A stretch of 64,000 bases of DNA from an uncultured Bacteroidota bacterium. Its GTDB lineage: Bacteria; Bacteroidota; Bacteroidia; Bacteroidales; WCHB1-69. Shown here piece after piece: positions 22,671 through 33,392 of the stretch. A model generated the notes under the pieces. The model was given only the letters and a program-made list of their open reading frames with translations. It was not told the DNA's origin and did no database searches. A program made the translations under genes and the position numbers. Where the stretch lies: NCBI GenBank assembly GCA_902802755.1, contig CADCNH010000004.1, positions 10,139-74,138 of the forward strand, written 5' to 3'. The first letter of the stretch is position 1; each line of letters begins with the position of its first letter.

Positions 22671-22793
22671 CTGGGATTGATTGACCTTGTCAAAATCTCG
22701 CTGATTGAGCTTGTCGAAACCAGCGGAATGACCCCGTCGAAATCAGGCTGCAAAAATACAACTTTTTTCGATATCTCAATCAATAAATTTCAT

Positions 22794-24506
22794 TTATTTT
22801 TCAATCCATGATTTGATAGTGTCCAAAGGCACTGCCGGAACGTCCATTTTCAGCTTCTTTCGTAAGCCTCCCAAGTCATTGAGCAATTTGTTGGGGTTGG
22901 CAGCTTTCAGCTGGTCGATGGTGTTGATGTTCAGTTTTCGCAGCACGGGTACCCAAATTTCGGGTACGCCTCTCTCCATAAAGTCCTTGTCGCTGGAAGT
23001 TTCGGGCTTCTTTTCGGGACGCATCTGCGGGAAGAACAGCACATCCTGGATGGAGGGTGAGTTGGTCATGATCATGGCCAGACGGTCGATGCCGATACCC
23101 AAACCTGCTGTTGGTGGCATACCGATTTCCAGAGATTTCAGGAAGTCTTCGTCCAAAACCATGGATTCGGTGTCGCCACGTTTGCCCAATTCCAGCTGGT
23201 CCTCGAAACGCTTGCGCTGGTCGATGGGGTCGTTGAGCTCGGAGTAGGCGTTGCAAATTTCCTTGCCGTTGCACATGGCTTCGAAACGCTCGGTGAGACC
23301 GGGTTTGCTGCGGTGTTTCTTGGTCAGCGGTGACATTTCAATCGGATAATCATAGATGAAAGTCGGCTGGATGAGCTTGTGCTCGCAGGTTTCGCCGAAG
23401 ATTTCGTCGATGAGCTTGCCCTTGCCCATGGTGGAATCGACCTTCACGCCTTGTTCTGTGGCGAATTTGGCCAGCTGAGCCTCGTCCATGTTGGAAATGT
23501 CGGTGCCAGTGAAGTGCTCAATGGCCTCGAACATGGTATAGCGCTTCCACGGACGTTTGAAGTCGATGATGTTCTCGCCCACCTGGACTTGTGTTTTGCC
23601 GTGCAGAGCCAACGCAATGCGTTCCACCATCTCTTCCACTGTATTCATCATCCATTCATAATCTTTGTAGGGAACGTACAGCTCCATCTGGGTGAATTCG
23701 GGGTTATGGAAGCGGTCCATACCCTCATTACGGAAATCTTTGGAGAATTCATACACACCGTTGAAACCACCCACAATCAGTTTTTTCAGATACAATTCAT
23801 CAGCAATACGCAGATACAGCGTCATGTCCAAGGTGTTGTGATGTGTCTTGAACGGGCGGGCGGCGGCGCCACCGTACAAAGGTTGCAAAATGGGAGTTTC
23901 CACCTCTAAATAGCCCTTCTCGTTCAGGAAGTTGCGCATGGTGTTCACCAGCAAGGTACGCTTGATGAAGGTGTCTTTCACCTGTGGGTTGACGATGAGG
24001 TCGATATAGCGTTGGCGGTAGCGCTGTTCCGGATCCTGGAAAGCGTCATAAACCTTGCCGTCTTTCTCTTTCACGATGGGCAGCGGGCATACCGATTTGC
24101 ACAGTATGGTGAACTCTTTCACATGGATGCTGATTTCGCCCATCTGGGTAGTGAACACAAAGCCCTTCACGCCGATAATATCACCGATATCCAATTTTTT
24201 GAAAACGCTGTTGTACATAGTTTTATCCTCGCCAGGACATAATTCGTCACGTTTGGCGTAGATCTGGATGCGGCCCACGGAGTCCTGGATCTCGAAGAAA
24301 GAGACAGCTCCCATGATGCGCTGGGTCATGATACGACCGGCGATGCTGACATTCTGGAATTTGCTGTTGTCTTTCGGAAATTCCTCCAAAATCTCTGTGG
24401 TAGTGGCATTTACCTCATATTCCGCTGCCGGATAAGGATCGATGCCAAGATTCAACAAATCCTCTAATTTCTTACGTCTGATAATTTCCTGTTCTGATAA
24501 TTCCAT
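22794..24506 (-). CDS. lysS: Lysine--tRNA ligase (class II) with C-terminal extension
   Basis: [44 protein letters not shown] and [15 protein letters not shown]; start at ATG 24506. Confidence 0.97.
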   Translation of the reverse strand: MELSEQEIIRRKKLEDLLNLGIDPYPAAEYEVNATTTEILEEFPKDNSKFQNVSIAGRIMTQRIMGAVSFFEIQDSVGRIQIYAKRDELCPGEDKTMYNSVFKKLDIGDIIGVKGFVFTTQMGEISIHVKEFTILCKSVCPLPIVKEKDGKVYDAFQDPEQRYRQRYIDLIVNPQVKDTFIKRTLLVNTMRNFLNEKGYLEVETPILQPLYGGAAARPFKTHHNTLDMTLYLRIADELYLKKLIVGGFNGVYEFSKDFRNEGMDRFHNPEFTQMELYVPYKDYEWMMNTVEEMVERIALALHGKTQVQVGENIIDFKRPWKRYTMFEAIEHFTGTDISNMDEAQLAKFATEQGVKVDSTMGKGKLIDEIFGETCEHKLIQPTFIYDYPIEMSPLTKKHRSKPGLTERFEAMCNGKEICNAYSELNDPIDQRKRFEDQLELGKRGDTESMVLDEDFLKSLEIGMPPTAGLGIGIDRLAMIMTNSPSIQDVLFFPQMRPEKKPETSSDKDFMERGVPEIWVPVLRKLNINTIDQLKAANPNKLLNDLGGLRKKLKMDVPAVPLDTIKSWIEK

Positions 24507-24592
24507 GTTATTTTTTTTGTTGGTGATACAAACTGCAAAGATACGAAAAATAATTAGCAAATGAGCAAATTAGTAAATGTGACAATTATTTT

Positions 24593-24725
24593 CGTGGAGG
24601 CGTCAAGGCGTGAAGTCATTCGCTGCGCTCATTCGTGGAGATCAAATTCGTCTTAACGAATGCACGAAGTGCATGTCTATCCGTCTTCACGTCTCTCCGT
24701 CTTGACGTCTCCCCGTTTCAACGCA
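24593..24725. repeat. Dispersed CGT-octamer/palindrome element, copy A
   Basis: cgtggagg cgtcaagg cgtgaa gtcattcgctgcgctcattcgt ... acgaatgcacgaagtgcatgtc ... cgtcttca cgtctctc cgtcttga cgtctccc; related to 26068-26202 and 62801-62912. Confidence 0.75.
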
Positions 24726-24801
24726 TGAAAAAAATAATCTCAATTGTCAAACAATCACAAATTTCTTGTAATTTTGCATTTTAATCGAAATTACTACTGC
24801 T

Positions 24802-26067
24802 ATGAATTTGAAAGTCAGACTGATTATCATGAACTTCCTCGAATTTGCCGTTTGGGGAGCGTATTTAACATGTATGGGCCGCTATTTGGGACCGCATGGA
24901 ATGGGTGGCAAGATTGGACTTTTCTACTCTATCCAGGGTATTGTGTCCCTTTTTATGCCGGCGTTGGTGGGCATTGTGGCCGACCGATGGATTCCCGCAC
25001 AAAAGATGCTGGGCATTTGCCATGGTATTGCCGGTGCCGCCATGATTGCCGCTGGCTATTATGGCTTGGCGACAGGCGATGCGGTGCAGTTCGGCACCCT
25101 CTTCACGCTCTATACCATCAGTGTGGCTTTCTATATGCCGACCATTGCGTTAGCTAATTCTGTGGCTTACAATGCGTTGGAGATGGAAGGTTATGATACG
25201 GTCAAGGCATTTCCGCCTATCCGTGTCTTTGGTACCATCGGGTTTATCTGCTCCATGTGGGCGGTTGATTTGCTGGGCTTCCAACACTCATCAAAACAGT
25301 TTCTCCTTAGCGGTTTCATCGGATTGGTATTGGCAATCTATGCTTTCACCTTGCCGAAATGTCCGATTTCAACCTCTACCGACAAAAAATCTTTTGTGGA
25401 CGCCTTGGGCTTGAAGGCTTTCGCCTTGTTCAAGGAGAAAAAAATGGCTATTTTCTTCATTTTCTCCATGCTTTTGGGCGTATCTTTGCAGATAACCAAC
25501 GGTTTTGCCAACCCATTCATCCATAGTTTCGGCGCTCAGCCGGAATATGCCGACACTTTTGGGGTGCAACACGCCAATATTCTGGTTTCTTTGTCACAGA
25601 TTTCTGAGACTTTGTGTATTTTGCTGATACCCTTCTTTTTGCATAAGTTCGGTATCAAGAAGGTGATGCTGATCGCCATGTTCGCCTGGGTGTTGCGTTT
25701 CGGTTTCTTCGGCTTGGGTAATCCCGGCAATGGAGTGTGGTTGTTTATCCTCTCTATGATTGTGTATGGCGTGGCTTTCGACTTCTTCAATATCAGCGGT
25801 TCGCTGTTTGTGGACAAGGAAACCAGTGCTGATATACGTTCTTCGGCTCAGGGTCTATTCATGCTGATGACCAATGGTATCGGTGCCACTATCGGTACCT
25901 TGGGTGCGCAGTGGGTGGTCAACCAATACTGCACTTGGGAAGGTCATCATTTGGTAGGCAACTGGACTGCAGTATGGGATGTTTTCGCTGCCTACGCCTT
26001 TATAGTTGCTGTTCTCTTTGCCATCATTTTCAAATACAAACACAACCCCGCAGAAACTAAGAATTAA
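24802..26067 (+). CDS. MFS nucleoside:H+ symporter (NupG/XapB family)
   Basis: RLIIMNFLEFAVWGAYL, GIVADRW, FPPIRVFGTIGF and AFDFFNISGSLFVD. Confidence 0.9.
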   Translation: MNLKVRLIIMNFLEFAVWGAYLTCMGRYLGPHGMGGKIGLFYSIQGIVSLFMPALVGIVADRWIPAQKMLGICHGIAGAAMIAAGYYGLATGDAVQFGTLFTLYTISVAFYMPTIALANSVAYNALEMEGYDTVKAFPPIRVFGTIGFICSMWAVDLLGFQHSSKQFLLSGFIGLVLAIYAFTLPKCPISTSTDKKSFVDALGLKAFALFKEKKMAIFFIFSMLLGVSLQITNGFANPFIHSFGAQPEYADTFGVQHANILVSLSQISETLCILLIPFFLHKFGIKKVMLIAMFAWVLRFGFFGLGNPGNGVWLFILSMIVYGVAFDFFNISGSLFVDKETSADIRSSAQGLFMLMTNGIGATIGTLGAQWVVNQYCTWEGHHLVGNWTAVWDVFAAYAFIVAVLFAIIFKYKHNPAETKN

Positions 26068-26202
26068 TGCGTTAAGACATGCACTGCGTGCATTCGTGAA
26101 GACGTACACTAATGTGTACTCGGTAAGACGGGGAGACGGTATCGTATAACCGAGTGAACGAAGTGAACGACTCCACGAACGAACGAAGTGAGTGACTTAA
26201 CG
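26068..26202. repeat. Dispersed CGT-octamer/palindrome element, copy B
   Basis: cgttaagacatgcactgcgtgcattcgtgaagacg ... ctccacgaacgaacgaagtgagtgacttaacg; inverted relative to copy A. Confidence 0.72.
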
Positions 26203-26232
26203 TATAACCGAAAAACATATAGCCCCACAATT

Positions 26233-26865
26233 ATGATTGAACTTGTCGTTTCCGATATCCGCAATGCCCAGCCGCCATCAGAGGCGTATGCGTTAATCCT
26301 CAAAGAAAAAGAGGGCGAACGTCAGTTGCCTATCCTCATTGGCATGAGTGAGGCAAGGGCTATTGTTTTGGAAATGAATAAGATGCGACCCAAAAGACCC
26401 ACTCCGCACGATTTGTTCTTGCAGTTGTCGGAGCAGTGTAAGGTGTATCCGGGCTATGTGGTTATCCATAAGTTTGAAGAGGGTGTTTTTTATGCTGATA
26501 TCCATTTCCGTAAAGAAAACGGAGAGGTGTTCACCATTGACTCGCGCACCTCTGATGCAGTGGTTATCGCCTTGAAAACCCATATTCCTATTTATATTCA
26601 AGAAGAAGTAATTGATGCTTATCTATCTGATACTGAAAATCTTGTGGATATATCAGATGAGCAAGCTGAAGAAGATGACGAAGAATTGGCAGACGAGCTG
26701 GAGATGGATTTATCAGATGAGAATTACGACAAATATATTTCCACCAAACTCGAGGAGATGAGTCTTGAGGAACTGCAAAATCTTCTGGATGGTGCCGTAG
26801 AGTGTGAGGACTTTGAGATGGCCTCCAAAATCCACGACGAAATCGAACGCCGGAAGCAGGGGTAA
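26233..26865 (+). CDS. Bifunctional nuclease (DUF151) family protein with C-terminal UVR motif
   Basis: YALILKE..GERQLPILIG..EA.AI, RP.PHDLF, IDSRTSDAV..AL; C-terminal AVECEDFEMASKIHDEI. Confidence 0.88.
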   Translation: MIELVVSDIRNAQPPSEAYALILKEKEGERQLPILIGMSEARAIVLEMNKMRPKRPTPHDLFLQLSEQCKVYPGYVVIHKFEEGVFYADIHFRKENGEVFTIDSRTSDAVVIALKTHIPIYIQEEVIDAYLSDTENLVDISDEQAEEDDEELADELEMDLSDENYDKYISTKLEEMSLEELQNLLDGAVECEDFEMASKIHDEIERRKQG

Positions 26866-26868
26866 GGG

Positions 26869-29043
26869 TTATTGTAATCTAATCAGTGTTGAACCTGTGG
26901 TAGCTTTGCTGTCGGTGGTCAGTTGTACGGCATAGACTCCGGTTTTCAAGGCGGAAAGGTCGATGTCGCTTTTGCCGCTTTGCGAAAGCAATAGGCGGCC
27001 ATCAAGTGAATAGATTTTGAAGACCATCTGTTGCGGAATATTGTCACCGAAGTCGGCATAAAGGTGGTGGTGCTCCAAACGGAAAGTGACCTTTTGCGGC
27101 TGGTTTTTGCTCAGTTCAGGGATACTGGTGGATAGGTTCAGCACTTCAAGAAGTCCTTGATAAGCGTCGATTTGTCCGTGTCCGTATGTATTGTTTGGAT
27201 ACGAAAGTGTGTTTTCGGGGTGTGTGGAGGTATGACTGATAACTTCCAGCACCTGTTCGGGCGTGAGGTCGGGTTTAGCTTGCAACCATAGGGCAATGAC
27301 GCCAGCCACCACGGGTGATGCCATTGAGGTTCCTGACTCTGCTAAGTAATAGTAAGTCTGACCATTGTAAGTTCCTGTATAGGTAAGATTTTTTCGCATA
27401 CCTGCGAAATCCTCGTAGAAGCTGTTGTAGGCAGCGTTGATATTGAACCCTGGTGCGACGACATCGGGCTTGGTAAGTCCATTGAAGGTGGGGCCGCAGG
27501 AAGAAAATTTGGTGATTTGGCCCATTTGTTCTGGGGCAAGGGTAATATAGTCGTCGTTGACCTGTCCGTCAATGTTGACGAAGTTGTTCTTGTATCCTGT
27601 GGCTCCTACGGCAATGATGCCGGGCAGCATGGCGGGCCAAGTAATGGAATAACCAGGCTTGGCGAAACTGTATTGAGGCACGTTGGTGACATTGAGGAAG
27701 GGACTGTAGGAGATGTCGCTGTACATATAGGCAGGATAATTGCTGGTGAGTAGCACCGTGGCGCCGCAGAGCAGTAGATAAACAGCATTGGGCATTGTGC
27801 CGTGGATATGATAAACGGATCCGCGTGGGTCTTGATATGGGCTTTGCACCACTTCGAGTTGTATTTCACCCATACTCACTGTGGTGGAGAACTGGCTGCC
27901 AGCTGCATCGATACTGTCGGTGTTGAAGGCGATAGTACCTTCGATGCCGCCTCCTGCAAGTCCTACGCCCATGAAATCGAAACGCACATATTGGTTGCCA
28001 GGGGTGACAAGGTCGATGTCGATAATCTGGCCGCCATGGAGGCCGTTCTTGATGCCTGTGCCTGCTTGGAAGTCGTTGGCACTTTTTTCAAGGTAGCACG
28101 AGCGGGTGCCATCATTGCCAGCCGACGAAACAATAATACGGCCAGGTCCTGTCAGTGCCTGCATGGCTTCGCCTTCGAGTACACGTTGAGAGGTGAAAAT
28201 AACGCTCTCACCGCTGCTGAAGTTCACCACACAAGGCTTGCCTTCGGCTGTTGCACGGTCGAAAATTTTCTTGAAGCCCAACACAGCAACTGCCGAGGTG
28301 TTCTCGTCGGGGTTGGCAAACTGCTCGCGGTCGGAGTTGAAGTCCACCAGATAGATGTCAGCTTCAGGGGCCATTCCTTGGTATTGACCATTTACCGCTG
28401 AGCCGGTCATGATGCCGGCCACATGGGTACCGTGAATACCATTTCGAGAGTAAAGAGAATGCTGCTGGGCGGCAATCTCGCTGGAACTCACCAACGCATG
28501 GCCGTATGTGCCATCGGCATTAGGCCATTGGAAATCATAATAATAGCTGATGCGCAAGTCTCCATTGACATCACGGAAAGCGGGATGAGTGAAATCGAAA
28601 TAGCAGTCGAAGACTCCTGCCACTACACCTGCACCCGTGTATGCCTGTGGGAGGTTGGTGCCAGCATAGACGCCGGTGGCATTTATTTGTTGCGGAGTGA
28701 CATCCATCAGTGGCTGCGGCATACGCTCTGCCTCAATACGCTCGATAGTGTCGTTGTTCGACAACGGGCCCACTTCGCTGAGTGGAATGCTCACAATGTA
28801 GATTCGCTCCACGTTGTCAATGAGGCGACATCCGTGCCGCTCAAAGAATGCAGGAGCATCACAGGCTATGGACAGTGTGGCCAAGGCGTTGACACTCCTG
28901 TGACTGTCTTTGGCCGCCGTGTTGACAACCATCTCTGTCAGATATGTCGATACTTTGCTTTTGTTTATTAAATTTTGTGCTGATGCTGTGATTCCTATCA
29001 AGAATGCCATCAGTATCAAATTTGCTTTAAATATTATTTTCAT
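26869..29043 (-). CDS. S8 subtilisin-like serine protease with T9SS type A C-terminal domain
   Basis: GVFD, HGTHVAG, SAGNDG, FSSCGP..GLTKPDVVAPG and SGTSMASP; C-terminal IYSLDGRLL...IDLSALKTGVYAVQL. Confidence 0.92.
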   Translation of the reverse strand: MKIIFKANLILMAFLIGITASAQNLINKSKVSTYLTEMVVNTAAKDSHRSVNALATLSIACDAPAFFERHGCRLIDNVERIYIVSIPLSEVGPLSNNDTIERIEAERMPQPLMDVTPQQINATGVYAGTNLPQAYTGAGVVAGVFDCYFDFTHPAFRDVNGDLRISYYYDFQWPNADGTYGHALVSSSEIAAQQHSLYSRNGIHGTHVAGIMTGSAVNGQYQGMAPEADIYLVDFNSDREQFANPDENTSAVAVLGFKKIFDRATAEGKPCVVNFSSGESVIFTSQRVLEGEAMQALTGPGRIIVSSAGNDGTRSCYLEKSANDFQAGTGIKNGLHGGQIIDIDLVTPGNQYVRFDFMGVGLAGGGIEGTIAFNTDSIDAAGSQFSTTVSMGEIQLEVVQSPYQDPRGSVYHIHGTMPNAVYLLLCGATVLLTSNYPAYMYSDISYSPFLNVTNVPQYSFAKPGYSITWPAMLPGIIAVGATGYKNNFVNIDGQVNDDYITLAPEQMGQITKFSSCGPTFNGLTKPDVVAPGFNINAAYNSFYEDFAGMRKNLTYTGTYNGQTYYYLAESGTSMASPVVAGVIALWLQAKPDLTPEQVLEVISHTSTHPENTLSYPNNTYGHGQIDAYQGLLEVLNLSTSIPELSKNQPQKVTFRLEHHHLYADFGDNIPQQMVFKIYSLDGRLLLSQSGKSDIDLSALKTGVYAVQLTTDSKATTGSTLIRLQ

Positions 29044-29219
29044 GTATCAGTTAAATCACTATTATTTTTTTAAGAAATATACTATAAATCAATTTATTAT
29101 GTTAAATTTTTATGGCTTTGATGTATTTGGAAGCAAATGCAAAGGTACAAAAATTTTTTTCAACAATTAAACAGTTCAACAACTCAACAATTCAACTGTT
29201 TTTTTCGTATTTTTGCACC

Positions 29220-30548
29220 ATGTTGAAAACCTCTGTTACCAATCGTGAAATATGGCGTATTGCCTATCCCATTATGCTGGGCAATCTGGCACAAACTGTC
29301 ATCACTTTTACCGACACGGCTTTCTTGGGACATTTGGGCACTATAGAACTGAGTGCGTCGATGATGGCAGGCTTGTTCTATTACGTATTCACTACGCTGG
29401 CAATGGGTTTTGCGGTGGGCATCCAAATCTTCATCGCCCGACGCTATGGTGAAGGTAATCTGAAACAGATTGGCGTGGTTTTCCAGCATGGGGCTCTTTT
29501 CGTCATGCTACTCGGTTTATTGTTACTCAGTCTTTTGTTTTTTTTCAGCGATGGATTGATGAATATTATCATTGAGTCGGAGAATATTTACGTGGCTTCC
29601 ATGAAATACCTGGATATCAGGCGTTTTGGCATTGTTTTCGTGGTGTTCAATTTTCTATTCCGTTCGTTCTATGTGGGTATCAGTAATACCAAGGTTATCA
29701 CGTATTCCACCCTTCTCATGGCGGTGGTCAATATTTTCTTCGACTGGGGTCTGATATTCGGGAACTGTGGTTTGCCCGAAATGGGCATAGGCGGTGCGGC
29801 CTTGGCTTCGCTGTTGGCAGAGTTGACAGCTTTCTGTTTCTTCTGGGTCTATACTTTTTTCACCATTCCTCATGAGGAATATGGTATGTTCCGTTGGCAC
29901 AAGCTGCAGCCTGCGCTGATGGGCAATATCTTGAAAGTGGCATTTCCCTGCATGATTCAGCGACTGTTCTCCTTCGGGGCCTGGTTTGCCTTCTTTATTC
30001 TGATCGAAAAGATGGGCGAGACGGCTCTTGGGGTATCATCGGTGGTTCGCAGTACCTATATGATTCTCATCATTCCGTGTTTCGCTTTTGCGGCCACAGC
30101 CAACACACTCACCAGCCGCATCATCGGCGAGGGCAAGAGCGATGAGGTGATGGCAATGCTTGGGAAGGTGGTGAAAAATGCTGTGCTTTGCTCTTTGGTT
30201 TTGGCCGTTTTCACAGCCATTTTCCCCGATCTTGTCCTGCGGATTTATACTGATGACCTCAACTTGGTGGCGGCTGCCATTCCTTCGATTTATGTTATAT
30301 GCGTAGCCACTATTTTGGGTTCTGTTGGTGTTATTTATTTTGAGGCGATTTCGGGTACTGGCAACACTTCGGCAGCCATGGCTTTGGAATTTGGAGTACT
30401 TATTGCCTATATGTTTTATATCTACTTGACAACCAGGGTTTCCACTATTGCCGTCGTTTGGACCGCCGAGTGGTTCTATAATATTATCATTGGCTTTATC
30501 TCTTTTTGCTATATTTGGAAGGCCGACTGGCGGAAGCGGGCGATATAG
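29220..30548 (+). CDS. MATE family efflux transporter
   Basis: IAYPIMLGNLAQ...TDTAFLGHLG and LIFGNCGLPEMGIGGAALAS; multi-pass membrane pattern; start at ATG 29220 after a -7 motif. Confidence 0.92.
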   Translation: MLKTSVTNREIWRIAYPIMLGNLAQTVITFTDTAFLGHLGTIELSASMMAGLFYYVFTTLAMGFAVGIQIFIARRYGEGNLKQIGVVFQHGALFVMLLGLLLLSLLFFFSDGLMNIIIESENIYVASMKYLDIRRFGIVFVVFNFLFRSFYVGISNTKVITYSTLLMAVVNIFFDWGLIFGNCGLPEMGIGGAALASLLAELTAFCFFWVYTFFTIPHEEYGMFRWHKLQPALMGNILKVAFPCMIQRLFSFGAWFAFFILIEKMGETALGVSSVVRSTYMILIIPCFAFAATANTLTSRIIGEGKSDEVMAMLGKVVKNAVLCSLVLAVFTAIFPDLVLRIYTDDLNLVAAAIPSIYVICVATILGSVGVIYFEAISGTGNTSAAMALEFGVLIAYMFYIYLTTRVSTIAVVWTAEWFYNIIIGFISFCYIWKADWRKRAI

Positions 30549-30589
30549 TTATTCTGTGCATCTGTTCTCACTTCCGCAACGTTTTGATT

Positions 30590-31672
30590 TTATGCCTTAG
30601 TGCAAACACTTTTTGCACTACGACTTTTATGAGATAATTCTTGTTCGTTTTTAATTTCGCTTTTAATCAATTCTTTAATTTCTTGTTCGGGGAAATCAAG
30701 TAAATATTCTGCGACGCCAATGGGTGCACTGGCAGTCTGCAACGCAATTTCCACTTCGTCATTATCTTTATCAGCACATAAAATAATTCCTATTGATGGG
30801 TTTTCTCCTTCCAAACGAACATTTTTGTCAAGCAACGAGAGGTAAAATCCCATTTTGCTCACATATTCTGGTTTAAATTCTCCGATTTTCAGCTCAATAG
30901 CCACCAATGATTTAACACACCTGTTAAAAAATAACATATCCACAAAGTATTCTTTCCTGTTGAGTTCCAGTCTGTATTGGTTGCCTATAAATGAAAACCC
31001 ATTACCAAGTTCTAGAATGAAGAAACGTATTTTTTCCATCAACAGTTTCTCAAGTTCGAGTTCTTTTAAGGGACGGTCAACTTCAAGAAAAGCAAGATTA
31101 TAACGACTTTTTAAAATCTCTTCTGCCTGATTCTGCAGGTCATTTGGCATAACTTCCACAAAATTATGTAGCTTTACTAATTTTTTCTGTCCGAACGCAT
31201 CCGCCTTAATGTAATTCAACAAAACATTCCGAGACCAACCTAATGTAACTGCTTCTTTGGCATAATACATCATTTCTTCTTGAGATGATAACCTGTTCAT
31301 CAACAAAAGGTTATGTCCCCATGGTAAAACTGCAACAAGTTGTTGCAGTTTTTGGTCAGTAGAGGAAAAAGTATCATAAAATTGTTTCATATTCCACAGA
31401 TTACGTGGCGAAAAACCCATATTTGGAAATTCTGTCTTCAAGTCGGAAGAAAGCCTCTTGATAACAGCGCTACCGTATCCTTCTTCAATTCTACGTTCGG
31501 AAAGTTGTTTTCCAATATTCCAATATAATTGTATGACAGTACTATTCATTCTACGAGCCATTGATATCCTCGTATTCTTAATATCAGCATATAATTGATT
31601 TAATAAAGTGTGATATTCTTCCTCGTTTAGAATTCTTGAAATTTTCGTTTTAGAATGTTCTTTGTCAATCAT
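30590..31672 (-). CDS. YhcG/DUF1016 PD-(D/E)XK nuclease-domain protein
   Basis: LYWNIG, GFSPRNLWNMKQFY, LPWGHN, FILELG.GFSFIG.QY, DMLFF, IELKIGEFKPEY and ENPSIGIILC. Confidence 0.9.
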   Translation of the reverse strand: MIDKEHSKTKISRILNEEEYHTLLNQLYADIKNTRISMARRMNSTVIQLYWNIGKQLSERRIEEGYGSAVIKRLSSDLKTEFPNMGFSPRNLWNMKQFYDTFSSTDQKLQQLVAVLPWGHNLLLMNRLSSQEEMMYYAKEAVTLGWSRNVLLNYIKADAFGQKKLVKLHNFVEVMPNDLQNQAEEILKSRYNLAFLEVDRPLKELELEKLLMEKIRFFILELGNGFSFIGNQYRLELNRKEYFVDMLFFNRCVKSLVAIELKIGEFKPEYVSKMGFYLSLLDKNVRLEGENPSIGIILCADKDNDEVEIALQTASAPIGVAEYLLDFPEQEIKELIKSEIKNEQELSHKSRSAKSVCTKA

Positions 31673-31853
31673 GGTATTCTTGAATTAAATCTATATCTAA
31701 CAGTTTAGTTTATAATAAAATGTATATCATTATTAATATTTGTAATAATAAAATATAAATATTAGAAAAATAATGCAAATATACAAATTTTTTTTACTAT
31801 TAAACAGATAGATAAAAAAATTTATTACTTTTGCACAATAAATACCCTTTGTC

Positions 31854-32045
31854 ATGGATAAATACATTATTAGGATTGTTGTTTCCTCTATTTTTTTTGG
31901 CATTATTGCGGCATTGACAGGCAAAAAGAGCAAGATAGGCCCATATTGGTCATTTTTAATTGGTGCCGTATTGCAGTGTGTTGGATGGCTTATTGTGGCA
32001 TGGGTTAGAGAAACTTATCCCAAATCTGTTGACAACGAACAATGA
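31854..32045 (+). CDS. Small two-TM membrane protein
   Basis: 63 aa with two hydrophobic segments (G.KSKIG.YWSF pattern); preceded by a TACTTTTG promoter motif. Confidence 0.55.
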   Translation: MDKYIIRIVVSSIFFGIIAALTGKKSKIGPYWSFLIGAVLQCVGWLIVAWVRETYPKSVDNEQ

Positions 32046-32175
32046 ATAATTAGAAAATGTGCAAATTAGAATCATTAACCAATTAACCAATTAACTAATT
32101 TGCTAATTAACTAATTTAATTGGCACATTAGCACATTAATAATTAGCACATTAACTAATTAACTAATTTGCTCAT
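32041..32175. repeat. Octamer repeat tract (both orientations)
   Basis: Reverse complement of ~32090-32152 nearly matches 7927-7990; the waaA stop codon lies inside the tract. Confidence 0.85.
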
Positions 32176-33390
32176 TATTTTTTTGCAGCTTCCTAAATTG
32201 CTTTCCACATATTTTTTGCATATCTCACAAACAGCATTGTATGCTTCGGGCGAAGAAGCGTAGAGTTGGCACTTTTGCAGCATCTCTTCGTAGCTGGTGA
32301 TGGAGAAAGCTCCCTGCAAAGCTACCAGTTGCACGGCTTCGTTGAACTTCTGGTATTTGGGGCCGAAGAAGAGGGGAACTCCAAAAACGGCGGCCTCCAG
32401 GATGTTGTGCAAGCCTGTTTCGAAAGCACCGCCAATGTAAGAAATATAACTGTATTTGTATATCTTGCTCAATATGCCAATGGTGTCAATGACTAATACC
32501 CGATAGGCCGATAAATCTTTGCTGTCTTTTTCGGTATAGCAAACCGTGGAGAATTCTTGGAACAGTTCTTTGATCTGTCCGATGTGCTTGGCGTCGGTGA
32601 CATGTGGGGCCAGCACCAGCTTGTAATGGGCAGGCAGTTTTTCTAACAGTTGTTTTAGCAGTTGTTCATCCGGACCCCAGGTGCTGCCTGCTACAATCAG
32701 TTTGATGTCTTCTTTACAGAAATCCTGCACAAAGTCCAGCTCGTACTGCTGTCGCGAGATGTCATAAACCCGGTCGAAGCGGGTGTCGCCGGTGATTTCC
32801 ACCTGGTCGATGCCGATGGAGTGGAGCAGGTCTCTGGAGGCCTCATTCTGCACAAAGAAATAAGTGCATTTTTTAAGCTGCTGGGCGAACCATTTGCCGT
32901 AGGGCTTAAAAAAGTATTGCGAGGGGCGGAAAATGGCGGAAATGTAGTAAAAAGGCACATGGTGGAGGCTGAGCTGGTGCATGTAGTTGTACCAGTATTC
33001 GTATTTCACGAAAACGGCTTTCTCCACGGGCACAATGTCCAGAAATCGTCGGGCATTGCGGGGAGTGTCGAGCGGCAGGTAGCAGATAATGTCGGCCACC
33101 TTGTCGTTTTTCTTCACTTCGTAACCTGAAGGGGAGAAAAAGGTGACCAGAATGGTGCATTCAGGATGCTGCTGACGGTATAGCTGCATCAGCGGCTTGC
33201 CTTGCTCAAACTCTCCCAACGAGGCTGCATGAAACCAAATGATATGTTCTTTTCCAGCACATTGTCGGGCTAAGAAGTCAAACACCCCATGCCGTCCCTG
33301 TACCCATTGCCGGGCCTTAAAATTAAATAATGCAGCAAGGTGGATTGCTGCATTATAGAGATGTATTGCGACAGAATATAAAAGTCTCAT
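32155..33390 (-). CDS. waaA: 3-deoxy-D-manno-octulosonic acid (Kdo) transferase
   Basis: IWFHAASLGEFEQG, TFFSPSGYE, YLPLD, GDTRFDRV, VAGSTW and GLHNILEAA. Confidence 0.93.
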   Translation of the reverse strand: MRLLYSVAIHLYNAAIHLAALFNFKARQWVQGRHGVFDFLARQCAGKEHIIWFHAASLGEFEQGKPLMQLYRQQHPECTILVTFFSPSGYEVKKNDKVADIICYLPLDTPRNARRFLDIVPVEKAVFVKYEYWYNYMHQLSLHHVPFYYISAIFRPSQYFFKPYGKWFAQQLKKCTYFFVQNEASRDLLHSIGIDQVEITGDTRFDRVYDISRQQYELDFVQDFCKEDIKLIVAGSTWGPDEQLLKQLLEKLPAHYKLVLAPHVTDAKHIGQIKELFQEFSTVCYTEKDSKDLSAYRVLVIDTIGILSKIYKYSYISYIGGAFETGLHNILEAAVFGVPLFFGPKYQKFNEAVQLVALQGAFSITSYEEMLQKCQLYASSPEAYNAVCEICKKYVESNLGSCKKIMSKLVN

Positions 33391-33392
33391 TT

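Noticed and set aside
22409-22684. Short ORFs over the tRNA region
   Set aside because: They overlap tRNA-Leu and its terminator.
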